Positions 44,482 to 56,240 of a stretch of DNA of 64,000 bases are shown one piece after another. Below the pieces are notes generated by a model that was not told where the DNA came from, did no database searches, and was given only the letters and a program-made list of their open reading frames with translations. The first letter of the stretch is position 1. The number at the start of each line of letters is the position of its first letter. Made by a program: the position numbers and the translations under genes. The DNA comes from Macrostomum lignano (taxonomy: Eukaryota), in NCBI GenBank assembly GCA_002269645.1, contig NIVC01000084.1:186001-250000 (forward strand), read 5' to 3'.

Positions 44482-47400
44482 GCATCATCACTAATTACAA
44501 TCGGCGAAAAAGACACCTCTAAGGTTGCAGAGTCAGAGCCTATACCAGTGCTGTTTGTTGTGTACTCAAATGATGCTGTGTTAGTTGAGTACAGTGATGA
44601 GTCTACACTTCAATTGTCACCATGCGGCACTGTGTTTCAATTTGAATTGCCGCCGCATCAAGTTGCTCTGCTTGGTAAGCTTTTTATCGATTACTTTAAT
44701 AATGTATTTATAATTTAGTTGTACGAGCTATATATCGAAGATGCTGAATTTTGCAGTGAGATCCCTGAGAGTTGCAGAGTCATATATCATCTCTATTGTT
44801 TTTCAGACACCTCGGGCAGCCGAAAAATTCAACAGAAATCGGAATTTGCTACTAGTAGATTTCACGGCAAAGTGGCCGAAGCGCTGCATCTCCGCAACAT
44901 GTTTGCTTGGCAACCCTGCCTGCTGCCGTCACTGATGCAACAGGGAGTTGAATGGGCCAGCAACTATGATGATGAGTTCTTTGATAGCAGCCACTTTTAT
45001 TGGCCATCCGATCCTAGCGATTGGCAACTAGGAAGGTCAACTAGGTAAGCATTTTGCTGACTGGCTGACTGACTGGCTGACTGACTGACTGACTGATTGA
45101 TTGACTGACTGACTGACTGACTGACTGACTGACTGACTGACTGACTGACTGACTGACTGACTGACTGACTGACTGACTGACTGACTGATTGACTGACTGA
45201 CTGACTGACTTGAGTGAGTGGCTGACTGACTGACTGACTTGAGTGAGTGGCTGACTGACTGACTGACTGACTGACTGACTGACTGACTGACTGACTGACT
45301 GACTTGAGTGAGTGGCTGACTGGCTGACTGACTGACTGACTGACTGACTGACTGACTGACTTGAGTGAGTGGCTGACTGGCTGACTGACTGACTGACTGA
45401 CTGACTGACTGACTGGCTGACTGACTGACTGGCTGACTGACTGACTGACTGACTGACTGACTGACTTGAGTGAGTGGCTGACTGACTGGCTGACTGACTG
45501 ACTGACTGACTGACTGACTGACTGACTGGCTGACTGACTGACTGGCTGACTGGCTGACTGACTGACTGACTGGCTGACTGACTGACTGACTGACTGGCTG
45601 ACTGACTGACTGACTGGCTGACTGACTGACTGACTGGCTGACTGACTGACTGACTGACTGACTGGCTGACTGACTGACTGACTGACTGACTGGCTGACTG
45701 ACTGACTGACTGACTGACTGACTGACTGACTGACTGACTGACTTAAGTGAGTGGGTGACTGACTGACTGACTGGCTGACTGACTGACTGACTGACTGACT
45801 GACTGACTGACTGACTGACTGACTTAAGTGAGTGGGTGACTGACTGACTTAAGTGAGTGGGTGACTGACTGACTTGAGTGAGTGACTGACTGACTGACTG
45901 ACTTAAGTGAGTGGGTGACTGACTGACTTAAGTGAGTGGGTGACTGACTGACTTGAGTGAGTGACTGACTGACTGACTGACTTAAGTGAGTGGGTGACTG
46001 ACTGACTTAAGTGAGTGGGTTTCTGACTGACTGACAGTCTGGCTGACAGACAATACGATACGACATAAATTTTTTGGTTTCTTTATTACGAGTACTTAAA
46101 ATAATGCAGTTCTTTACTTACTACTATAAGTAAAGAAAGTAGTGGATGGGTAGAAATTTAAATGTTTTTTTAATTTAAAAATAATAGAATAAACTTGCCA
46201 AAATCAACAGATTTTCCTCAATAGACGGGCGCGCCTGTCTTACGGTGTCCGCCAATGGTCGAGAAATTTGCGCAGAATTTTCCACCAGACTTTCAACTGC
46301 CCCTGAAGAGCAGGAGGGCCGATTTCGTACCACTTGGCTGAAACTGTCACTCATGCTGGGAGAAGATCTGCCGGATTGTTGGATTGTGAGAGAGTCGGTT
46401 TTTTGTGTGGTATTGGCGCCTCCCCTAGCACCCAGACTGGCGCCTCCTCTAGCACCCAGACTGGCGTCTCCCCTAGCACCCAGACTGGCGCCTCCCCTAG
46501 CACCCAGACTGGCGCCTCCCCTAGCACCCAGACTGGCGCCTCTCCTAGCACCCAGATTGGCGCCTCTCCCAGCACCCAGATTGGCGCCTCCCCTAGCACC
46601 CAGACTGGCGCCTCCCCTAGCACCCAGACTGGCGCCTCCCCTAGCACCCAGACTGGCGCCTCTCCTAGCACCCAGATTGGCGCCTCTCCCAGCACCCAGA
46701 TTGGCGCCTCCCCTAGCACCCAGACTGGCGCCTCCCCTAGCACCCAGACTGGCGCCTCTCCTAGCACCCAGATTGGCGCCTCTCCCAGCACCCAGACTGG
46801 CGCCTCCCCTAGCACCCAGACTGGCGCCTCCCCTAGCACCCAGACTGGCGCCTCTCCTAGCACCCAGATTGGCGCCTCTCCCAGCACCCAGATTGGCGCC
46901 TCCCCTAGCACCCAGACTGGCGCCTCCCCTAGCACCCAGACTGGCGCCTCTCCTAGCACCCAGATTGGCGCCTCTCCCAGCACCCAGATTGGCGCCTCCC
47001 CTAGCACCCAAACTGGCGCCTCTCCTAGCACCCAGATTGGCGCCTCTCCCAGCACCCAGATTGGCGCCTCCCCTAGCACCCAAACTGGCGCCTCTCCTAG
47101 CACCCAGATTGGCGCCTCTCCCAGCACCCAGATTGGCGCCTCTCCCAGCACCCAGATTGGCGCCTCCCCTAGCACCCAGACTGGCGCCTCCCCTAGCACC
47201 CAGACTGGCGCCTCTCCTAGCACCCAGATTGGCGCCTCCCCTAGCACCCAGACTGGCGCCTCCCCTAGCACCCAGACTGGCGCCTCCCCTAGCACCCAGA
47301 CTGGCGCCTCTCCTAGCACCCAGATTGGCGCCTCTCCCAGCACCCAGATTGGCGCCTCCCCTAGCACCCAGACTGGCGCCTCCCCTAGCACCCAGACTGG

Positions 47401-50400
47401 CGCCTCCTCTAGCACCCAGATTGGCGCCTCACCTAGCAACCAGATTGACGTCCCTAGAACCCTAGATTGGATACCCTCATACGTACATTTAATAATACAT
47501 TTTTCTTAACATTAACGCCCCCAGATTGGCCCCTGGACTAAAAGTTAGAGTTTCATTTTCTCAGTCAACCAATCAATTTCAGGTGCCTGTCAGTTTGGCT
47601 CTTGGCCAACCGTTTGACGCCGCAACAACACCGGAAAAGTTTGGTCGATTGGTTCAAATAAACCACATAGGAGGACGTTGCGCTGATTCGGGAGTTAGGT
47701 AGGTAAAGCTTAATAAACTTTCAAACTATGATTTTTTTCTTCTATCAGTTCGAGTTCAGTGAATATCTTATCTGAGTTGGCATATCTGAATTTCTGAATT
47801 GGTGAATCCGTATCTCTGAATTGGTGAACCTGTATCTCTGAATTGGTGAATCCGTATCTCTGAATTGGTGAATCTGTATCTCTGAATTGGTGAATCCGTA
47901 TCTCTGAATTGGTGAATCTGTATCTCTGAATTGGTGAATCCGTATCTCTGAATTGGTGAATCTGTATCGCTGAATTGGTGAATCCGTATCTCTGAATTGG
48001 TGAATCCGTATCTCTGAATTGGTGAACCCGTATCTCTGAATTGGTGAATCCGTATCTCTAAATTGGTGAATCCGTATCTCTGAATTGGTGAATCTGTATC
48101 TCTAAATTGGTGAATCCGTATCTCTGAATTGGTTAATCCGTATCTCTGAATTGGTGAATCCGTATCTCTGAATTGGTGAATCGCATTATAACTGAATTTG
48201 TAAAGCATGCGCTATTTGAGTTCGTATCTCTAAATTGGTGAATCCGTATCTCTGAATTGGTGAATCTGTATCACTAAATTGGTGAATCTGTATCTCTAAA
48301 TTGGTGAATCCGTGTCTCTAAATTGGTGAATCCGTATCTCTGAATTGGTGAACCTGTATCTCTGAATTGGTGAATCCGTATCTCTAAATTGGTGAATCCG
48401 TATCTCTGAATTGGTGAATCTGTATCTCTAAATTGGTGAATCCGTATCTCTGAATTGGTTAATCCGTATCTCTGAATTGGTGAATCCGTATCTCTGAATT
48501 GGTGAATCGCATTATAACTGAATTTGTAAAGCATGCGCTATTTGAGTTCGTATCTCTAAATTGGTGAATCCGTATCTCTGAATTGGTGAATCTGTATCAC
48601 TAAATTGGTGAATCTGTATCTCTAAATTGGTGAATCCGTGTCTCTAAATTGGTGAATCCGTATCTCTGAATTGGTGAACCTGTATCTCTGAATTGTTGAA
48701 TCTGTATCACTAAATTGGTGAATCTGTATCTCTAAATTGGTGAATCCGTGTCTCTAAATTGGTGAATCCGTATCTCTGAATTGGTGAACCTGTATCTCTG
48801 AATTGGTGAATCCGTATCTCTGAATTGGTGAATCCGTATCTCTGAATTGGTGAATCTGTATCTCTGAATTGGTGAATCCGTATCTCTGAATTGGTGAATC
48901 TGTATCGCTGAATTGGTGAATCCGTATCTCTGAATTGGTGAATCCGTATCTCTGAATTGGTGAATCCGTATCTCTGAATTGGTGAACCCGTATCTCTGAA
49001 TTGGTGAATCCGTATCTCTAAATTGGTGAATCCGTATCTCTGAATTGGTGAATCCGTATCTCTGAATTGGTGAACCTGTATCTCTGAATTGGTGAATCCG
49101 TATCTCTGAATTGGTGAATCTGTATCGCTGAATTGGTGAATCCGTATCTCTGAATTGGTGAATCCGTATCTCTGAATTGGTGAATCCGTATCTCTGAATT
49201 GGTGAATCCGTATCTCTGAATTGGTGAACCCGTATCTCTGAATTGGTGAATCTGTATCTCTGAATTGGTGAATCGCATTATAACTGAATTTGTAAAGCAT
49301 GCGCTATTTGAGTTCGTTGATTTCACAATCCTAAATGGTAAGTCATCACATCATACCTATGCATACATATTGGTTAATAAATTATCACACAGAGGCCAGT
49401 CCGGGTCGCGGTGGTCGGTGGCCACCCCCCGTCCTCAGCCAGTGCCCCGCCGCTGTCGTCAGCCGCATCTGCACGAGTTCGGTTTCGGCGCATCCTCAGC
49501 TCCAACTCCACCTTCGGGCCTTCAATGGCTGTCTGCGGCGGCGCCTGAGTTGAAATCCATACGCATCGTCTGCCGAGACGGCGTCGTGTACAGGTGATTT
49601 GCAGGCGTGCCTACTGTTAGTAGTTTAAACAGATCTGCAAGTTAGAGAGTCTGGGCCGCTGTACACCCTGTGTGAGCGTGCGTGTCTGTGTACAGTATAA
49701 TTGCATGTGCTGAGGAGTCGGCGGACTGGGCGGATGTGGGATGATGTCTCGCCCAATCTCCATCACCAGACTCGCTAGACGCAGCAACGGCAGTGGCGCT
49801 GCCTCGCCAGCAGTTCTGGTACAACCTGGCGACAAATCTGTTTTGATTTCTCGCGACCTACGCGGCGCCTATTTTGAACGCTTGGCTGGCGACGGGTCGC
49901 AGAGCTGGTGCCGTACTGCGGATCTGGTCTGTCGGGGCGGCGGAGGCAGCAGCGACCAGCAACTGGCTCGGACTGTTGAGAGAGCTGCCGCTCTGTGCTC
50001 ACTGCTGGCTATCGAAGTGGAGCAGTCTCAGTTGTCAGTTCCGGCTCAGTGCTGTTGGAATATCGATCAAGACGATCGAGATGTTGGCGTAAGTTAGCTT
50101 TTTAAATATAAATTTTGCTGCGTAGTTACTTTTTGAGTAGTGTGTTTTAGGTGGGTATTTCCATCGTGTATTCAAGTGGGAATTCCCATCGTGTATTCAA
50201 GTGGGAATTCCCATCGTGTATTCAAGTGGGAATTCCCATCGTGTATTCAAGTGGGAATTCCCATCGTGTATTCAAGTAGGACTTCCCATCGTGTGTTCAA
50301 CTGGGAATCCCCATCGTGTGCTTCAAGTAGGAATTCCCATCGTGTGTTCAACTGGGAATCCCCATCGTGTGCTTCAAGTAGGAATTCCCATCGTGTGTTC

Positions 50401-52091
50401 AACTGGGAATCCCCATCGTGTGCTTCAAGTAGGAATTCCCATCGTGTGTTCAACTGGGAATCCCCATCGTGTGCTTCAAGTAGGAATTCCCATCGTGTGT
50501 TCAACTGGGAATCCCCATCGTGTGCTTCAAGTAGGAATTCCCATCGTGTGTTCAACTGGGAATCCCCATCGTGTGCTTCAAGTAGGAATTCCCATCGTGT
50601 GTTCAACTGGGAATCCCCATCGTGTGCTTCAAGTAGGAATTCCCATCGTGTGTTCAACTGGGAATCCCCATCGTGTGCTTCAAGTAGGAATTCCCATCGT
50701 GTGTTCAACTGGGAATCCCCATCGTGTGCTTCAAGTAGGAATTCCCATCGTGTGTTCAACTGGGAATCCCCATCGTGTATTCAAGTAGGACTTCCCATCG
50801 TGTGTTCAACTGGGAATCCCCATCGTGTATTCAAGTAGGAATTCCCATCGTGTATTTAAGTGGGAATTCCCACCGTGTATTCAAGTGGGAATTCCCACCG
50901 TGTGTTTAAGTGGGAATTCCCATCGTGTATTCAAGTGGCAATTCCTGTCGTGTATTTAAGTGAGAATCTCCATCTTATATTCAAATGGGAATCCCTATCT
51001 TATATTCAAGTGGGAATCCCCATCTTGTGTTCAAGCGGGAATCCACATCGTGTGTTCAAGGGGGGAAATCCCCATCGTGTGTTCAAGCGGGAATGCCCAT
51101 CGTGTATTTAAGTGATAATTCCCACCGTGTGTTTAAGTGGGAATCCCCATCGTGTATTCAAGTTGGAATTCCCATCGTGTATTCAAGTGGCAATTCCTGT
51201 CGTGTGTTTAAGTGAGAATCTCCATCTTGTGTTCAAGCGGGAATCCCCATCTGGTGTTCAAGTGAGAATCCCTATCTTATATTCAAGTGGGAATCCCAAT
51301 CTTATATTCAAGTGGAAATCCCCATCTTGTGTTCAAGCGGGAATCCACATCGTGTGTTCAAGGGGGAATCCCCATCGTGTGTTCAAGCGGGAATGCCCAT
51401 CGTGTGTTCAAGCGGGAATGCCCATCGTGTGTTCAAGCGGGAATGCCCATCGTGTGTTCAAGCGGGAATGCCCATCGTGTGTTCAAGCGGGAATGCCCAT
51501 CGTGTATTTAAGTGGTAATTCCCATCGTGTGTTCAAGCGGTAATCCCACTAATTTTTACATAGTACATGACGCATTTATCTCTCCAGCCAACAGAGTCTG
51601 ACGTGAAGCCAGCTGTGGGTCTCGACTGTCGCCAAGTGCCTGGCATTGGTCGATTCTCTGTCAACGTCAATGGCCGTGCACGAATCGTATTCGATGATCG
51701 AGTCCAGCTAGACTACGCCATCCAGCTGAGGCCGGAGCTTCTCCCAGCCGCCTGTCGCCGGGTTGCATTGGCGCCCCCTATCGACCTGCCGCCGATGGGC
51801 TTTGCTCGTCTGCTCGCTCGAGACGGTAGCGAATTGACGTTGAACCTGTCGGAACCGCCGTCGATCTACAGAAAATATGCTCGAGCGGCTGTGGAGTGGT
51901 CCATGTGGTTGAACAGTTCAGATCGGGGCAGATTCTACGAAGTCGATTTTGGACCGTCGCCTGAGGAGGCTCGCTTTGAGTTGGAGAAAATTCGGAATGC
52001 TCTGCGCGATGATGGACCACCGGCGGGTGGTGTGCCGGATGTTGAGGCTGCTCTGCGTAAGACCAGGCGCTTCCTTGGCGAGGATGTCTGA
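44482..52091 (+). CDS. C5orf34-like protein (DUF4524/DUF4520), multi-exon; start exon not located with certainty
   Basis: Exons 44482-44674, 44807-45044, 46211-46385, 47583-47698, 49393-49593, 49770-50088, 51588-52091; phase-consistent GT-AG. YSNDAVLVEYSDESTLQLSPCGTVF, SSIDGRACL, CRQPHLH, PGDKSV, VPGIGRF..VFDD and ELEKI resemble human C5orf34. Confidence 0.8.
45058..46036. repeat. (GACT)n microsatellite with TTGAGTGAGTGG interruptions, intronic
   Basis: Direct reading. Confidence 0.95.
46417..47440. repeat. 24-bp minisatellite (GCGCCTCCCCTAGCACCCAGACTG), intronic
   Basis: 8-aa period (PLAPRLAP) in the translations. Confidence 0.95.
47785..49317. repeat. 22-bp minisatellite (TGAATTGGTGAATCCGTATCTC) with higher-order blocks, intronic
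   Basis: 22-aa (66-nt) period; a 43-bp non-repeat segment recurs at ~48182, ~48508 and ~49275. Confidence 0.95.
50150..51540. repeat. 25/26-bp minisatellite (GTGGGAATTCCCATCGTGTATTCAA) with a 51-bp dimeric core, intronic
   Basis: 17-aa (51-nt) period in the central block. Confidence 0.93.
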
Positions 52092-52284
52092 CTTTTTATA
52101 ATGAGACAATTTTTCGGGATATAAGCTGTGAGATTTTGGGGTGAGATTTTCGTGCCTAAGGGTGAGAATTTTGAGGATGATATTTTAACCAGTTTCATTG
52201 TCCGATTTTGATTGAGTGTGATCGTGATCTCAGGGTGAGACTGTGATTCTAGGTTGAGATTTTAATTATAGGAAGAGATTGTGG

Positions 52285-52680
52285 CTCTATAGTGAGATTG
52301 TGATTTTAGGTTGAGATTGTGATTTTAGGGTGAGATTGTGATTCTATAGTGAGATTGTGATTCTATAGTGAGATTGTGATTCTATAGTGAGATTGTGATT
52401 TTAGGGTGAGATTGTGATTCTATAGTGAGATTGTGATTTTAGGGTGAGATTGTGATTCTATAGTGAGATTGTGATTCTATAGTGAGATTGTGATTCTATA
52501 GTGAGATTGTGATTTTAGGGTGAGATTGTGATTCTATAGTGAGATTGTGATTCTAGGCTGAGATTGTGATTTCAGGGTGAGATTAGATTGTGATTCTATA
52601 GTGAGATTGTGATTGAGTGAGATTGCGATTCTAGGGTGAGATTGTGATTTTAGAGTGAGATTGTGATTCCAGGGTGAGAT
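52285..52680. repeat. 19-bp minisatellite (GTGAGATTGTGATTCTATA)
   Basis: Direct reading, just 3' of the C5orf34-like stop. Confidence 0.85.
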
Positions 52681-53135
52681 TTAAGAGGATTAGGTATGTC
52701 CTTGGAATTTAGGGATTCTTTGGACTTGAGAATCCCAGAATTTTTAGGATTTAATTTTAGATCCAGTGATTGCAGACTGCGATTCACTGTCCAGGTGTAA
52801 GTTTAAAACAGCATACTTATCTTATGTTAATTATGTTTTGCATGCTTTTCAAATATATTTGCGCATAAAAGTACAGATCATTTATACGCATATGTTTTCA
52901 ATACTATGTATTTACAAAGCATATATGCTGTTTTTCTTATAAACATTTCCATCTCTAAATTTAGACCATTTTGTTGCAAACGTTTTGTGTAAATTTCACA
53001 TTGTAAAATATACCAATCTTACCTGCAAAAGTGTAATTAAAACAAACTTAGCATTAAGCTGGAAATGCCTATGAAATACTTCTGCTCTGCTTTATGCTTT
53101 CTTTTTTTATCTTAATCTGTATAATCTTGTAGATA

Positions 53136-53290
53136 TGGATGAGATTCAGCTATAGATATAGATGAGATTCAGCTGAGATATAGATGAGATTCAGCTGTAG
53201 ATATAGATGAGATTCAGCTGAGATATAGATGAGATTCAGCTGTAGATGTAGATGAGATTCAGCTGTAGATATAGATGAGATTCAGCTGTT
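53136..53290. repeat. 22-23-bp minisatellite (GATGAGATTCAGCTGTAGATATA)
   Basis: About 7 copies. Confidence 0.85.
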
Positions 53291-53602
53291 ACATTAATTA
53301 GATGTAGATTCTTCTTCTTCTTGTGGAATTTCAATAACCTTCCATATCATGGAAGCCATATTTTTTCTCGTCTCTAGTCCTTGAAGCCGGTCTAATCCAG
53401 ATATTTTCTGGATTATCTAAAACATATTTTCGACCTAACATGTTTTGTGTTTTGCTAATTATTAGTAGGTTTTCTTTACCATCCGGGAAGGGCTAGTTTT
53501 GATTTAGACTAAAATTCTTTTTTATTTTTGATTCCCCAACTTTATCAGCTTAGCTGTCATTACTTGTTCCCAGTGCGATTCTATTTTTAGGTTAGAACAA
53601 AA

Positions 53603-53818
53603 ACTAACTGACTAACTAACTGACTGACTAACTAACTGACTGACTAACTAACTAACTGACTGACTGACTGACTGACTAACTAACTGACTGACTGACTAAC
53701 TAACTAACTGACTAACTAACTAACTAACTGACTGACTGACTAACTAACTGACTGACTGACTAACTAACTAACTGACTAACTAACTAACTAACTAACTGGC
53801 TGACTAACTAACTTGCTG

Positions 53819-53857
<39 letters not shown>

Positions 53858-53986
53858 GACTGACTAACTAACTAACTGACTAACTAACTAACTAACTGAC
53901 TGACTAACTAACTGACTGACTGACTAACTAACTTGCTGACTAACTAACTAACTAACTAACTAACTGGCTGACTAACTAACATGCTG

Positions 53987-54025
<39 letters not shown>

Positions 54026-54860
54026 GACTAACTAACTAACTAACTGGCTGACTAACTAACTAACTGGCTGACTAACTAACTAACTAACTGGCTGACTAAC
54101 TAACTTGCTGACTAACTAACTAACTGGCTGACTAACTAACAAACTGGCTGACTAACTAACTAACTGACTAACTAACTAACTAACTGGCTGACTAACTAAC
54201 TAACTTGCTGACTAACTAACTAACTGGCTGACTAACTAACTTGCTGACTAACTAACTAACTGGCTGACTAACTAACTAACTAACTGGCTGACTAACTAAC
54301 TAACTAACTGGCTGACTAACTTACTAACTTGCTGACTAACTAACTAACTGGCTGACTAACTAACTAACTAACTGGCTGACTAACTTACTAACTTGCTGAC
54401 TAACTAACTAACTGGCTGACTAACTAACTTGCTGACTAACTAACTAACTGGCTGACTAACTAACTAACTAACTGGCTGACTAACTAACTTGCTGACTAAC
54501 TAACTAACTGGCTGACTAACTAACTAACTAACTGGCTGACTAACTTACTAACTTGCTGACTAACTAACTAACTGGCTGACTAACTAACTTGCTGACTAAC
54601 TAACTAACTGGCTGACTAACTAACTAACTAACTTGCTGACTAACTAACTAACTGGCTGACTAACTAACTTGCTGACTAACTAACTAACTGGCTGACTAAC
54701 TAACTTGCTGACTAACTAACTAATTGGCTGACTAACTAACTTGCTGACTAACTAACTAACTTGCTGACTAACTAACTTGCTGACTAACTAACTAACTGGC
54801 TGACTAACTAACTTGCTGACTAACTAACTAACTAACTGGCTGACTAACTAACAAACTAAA
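53603..54860. repeat. Mixed tetranucleotide array (CTAA/CTGA/CTGG/CTTG)n
   Basis: Direct reading. Confidence 0.95.
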
Positions 54861-55058
54861 TAACTACCTGTTACCGACTGAATGACTGATTTGAATAAAA
54901 TTAAAGAGCCCTAAAAATGGGCATTATTGCTACTGTTATCACGCTACTGAAAGTCAAAAGAATTTATTTTCCTTTTTTATATCATACACTTAGAATTACA
55001 GAGTGGAGAAGTCAACGCATGCACATTTACCGTGAACTATTCAACAAAATGTCAGTTT

Positions 55059-56240
55059 CTATGGCAGCATTGCTGTACCATCCGACGCCAGGCAGCTGTT
55101 CGCCGCTCGCTTCCTTCTCCGCTGTTGACTCCTGTGCTGTCGGATCCCGTCGTAGTCGTCTGCGCTGCCGCAGTGCAGGAAGCGCGGCAGGCTTTGACCC
55201 AGTTGGCGCCTGAAGCCTTGGCCTGTTGCCAGGTAGATGACAAACTTCATAGCGTAGTGACTGACAGCCAGACAGTCCACTATTCGGCTCACTGTCAGGT
55301 AGGTCAGGTAGGACCTGGCCACCGGCCACTGGCCATCGGTAATTTGATGCAGCGCGTCCGAGTCTGGAATGCCGCACGGAAGCTGCGGCGCCTCGGTGAG
55401 AATGGCCAGCCCAACAAACAATAGAATTGTGACAGGTAGCACCGCGCCAATCTGATAGAAACTGACGGTTAGCAGAGTGGCCGTGGTAGCGGCGGATTTT
55501 CTCTGACCAGTACCGGCTGGTCGTTTCCGGATGACGCGTCGAGCCTCGACTAGCACGAGAATGTTGAAGACTAGAATGGCTACTGGAGCCAGGGCGAAGA
55601 ACAGCACCTCGGTGAGCTTGGACCAGCCGCTGTAGAACCGATGCTCGAACGTGCTCGGATCGAATATTCGCAAATCCTCCGAGCAAGTGGCTTCGACTGG
55701 ATTGTACCGATAAAAGTGCAGCTGCACTAGGCCCAGTACTAGACAGGCAACGGTCATGCATGAGACAACGATAATAGCTCGTCGAACTGTGCAGAATTCT
55801 TTCCGGCTGAATGGATGACAGATGCCGATGTAGCGTTCGACAGTGAAACCGAGGGTTAGCAGGGGCGACAGGTACTGCAGCCACATGTTGTACACTGGGA
55901 ATGCTCTGCACATGAATGGATTGTACATTACCTTGATGTCGTAGTATAAATACAGGTGAAACGGCAGCTGCTGGCAGAGCAGGAACATCAGGTCTAGAAT
56001 AGCCAGCGCGCAGAGGTAGACGCTTGAGGACGAGCGCATCGGCTTGCTGCTCCACACCAGCAAGCTCAGGAGCGAACCTGGCACGCCTAGGGCTATCCAC
56101 ATCGGAATGATGATTCGGGCAAAGGTGACAACACCCGGTAGAAATGCGCTGCACACTCCCAGGGTGCTGTTGTAGCGATCTTCGAGACTCTGCATACAGT
56201 CTGTGTCGTTTTCGCCGCTGTACGTGTCCATTTCTTTCAA
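55059..56240 (-). CDS. Intronless class A GPCR, FMRFamide/sex-peptide-receptor-like neuropeptide receptor
   Basis: Seven TM segments; SSSVYLCALAILD, TVERYIGICHPF, TATLL.VS, FVIY..TG..FR. Confidence 0.9.
   Translation of the reverse strand: MKEMDTYSGENDTDCMQSLEDRYNSTLGVCSAFLPGVVTFARIIIPMWIALGVPGSLLSLLVWSSKPMRSSSSVYLCALAILDLMFLLCQQLPFHLYLYYDIKVMYNPFMCRAFPVYNMWLQYLSPLLTLGFTVERYIGICHPFSRKEFCTVRRAIIVVSCMTVACLVLGLVQLHFYRYNPVEATCSEDLRIFDPSTFEHRFYSGWSKLTEVLFFALAPVAILVFNILVLVEARRVIRKRPAGTGQRKSAATTATLLTVSFYQIGAVLPVTILLFVGLAILTEAPQLPCGIPDSDALHQITDGQWPVARSYLTYLTVSRIVDCLAVSHYAMKFVIYLATGQGFRRQLGQSLPRFLHCGSADDYDGIRQHRSQQRRRKRAANSCLASDGTAMLP

Noticed and set aside
50150-51540. CRISPR-like look of the 25/51-bp array with the GGGAATTCCC palindrome (and of the 41-bp gypsy array)
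   Set aside because: No unique spacers, no cas genes, eukaryotic intronic or retroelement context.
46175-51543. Multiple 150-400-aa repetitive ORFs (LGARGGAS, PLAPRLAP, HQFRDTDSPI, VFNWESPSC)
   Set aside because: All coincide with intronic satellites of the C5orf34-like gene and are open in several frames at once.
55027-56154. 375-aa minus-strand ORF overlapping the GPCR in another frame
   Set aside because: Alternative-frame shadow of a GC-rich gene; no domain features.
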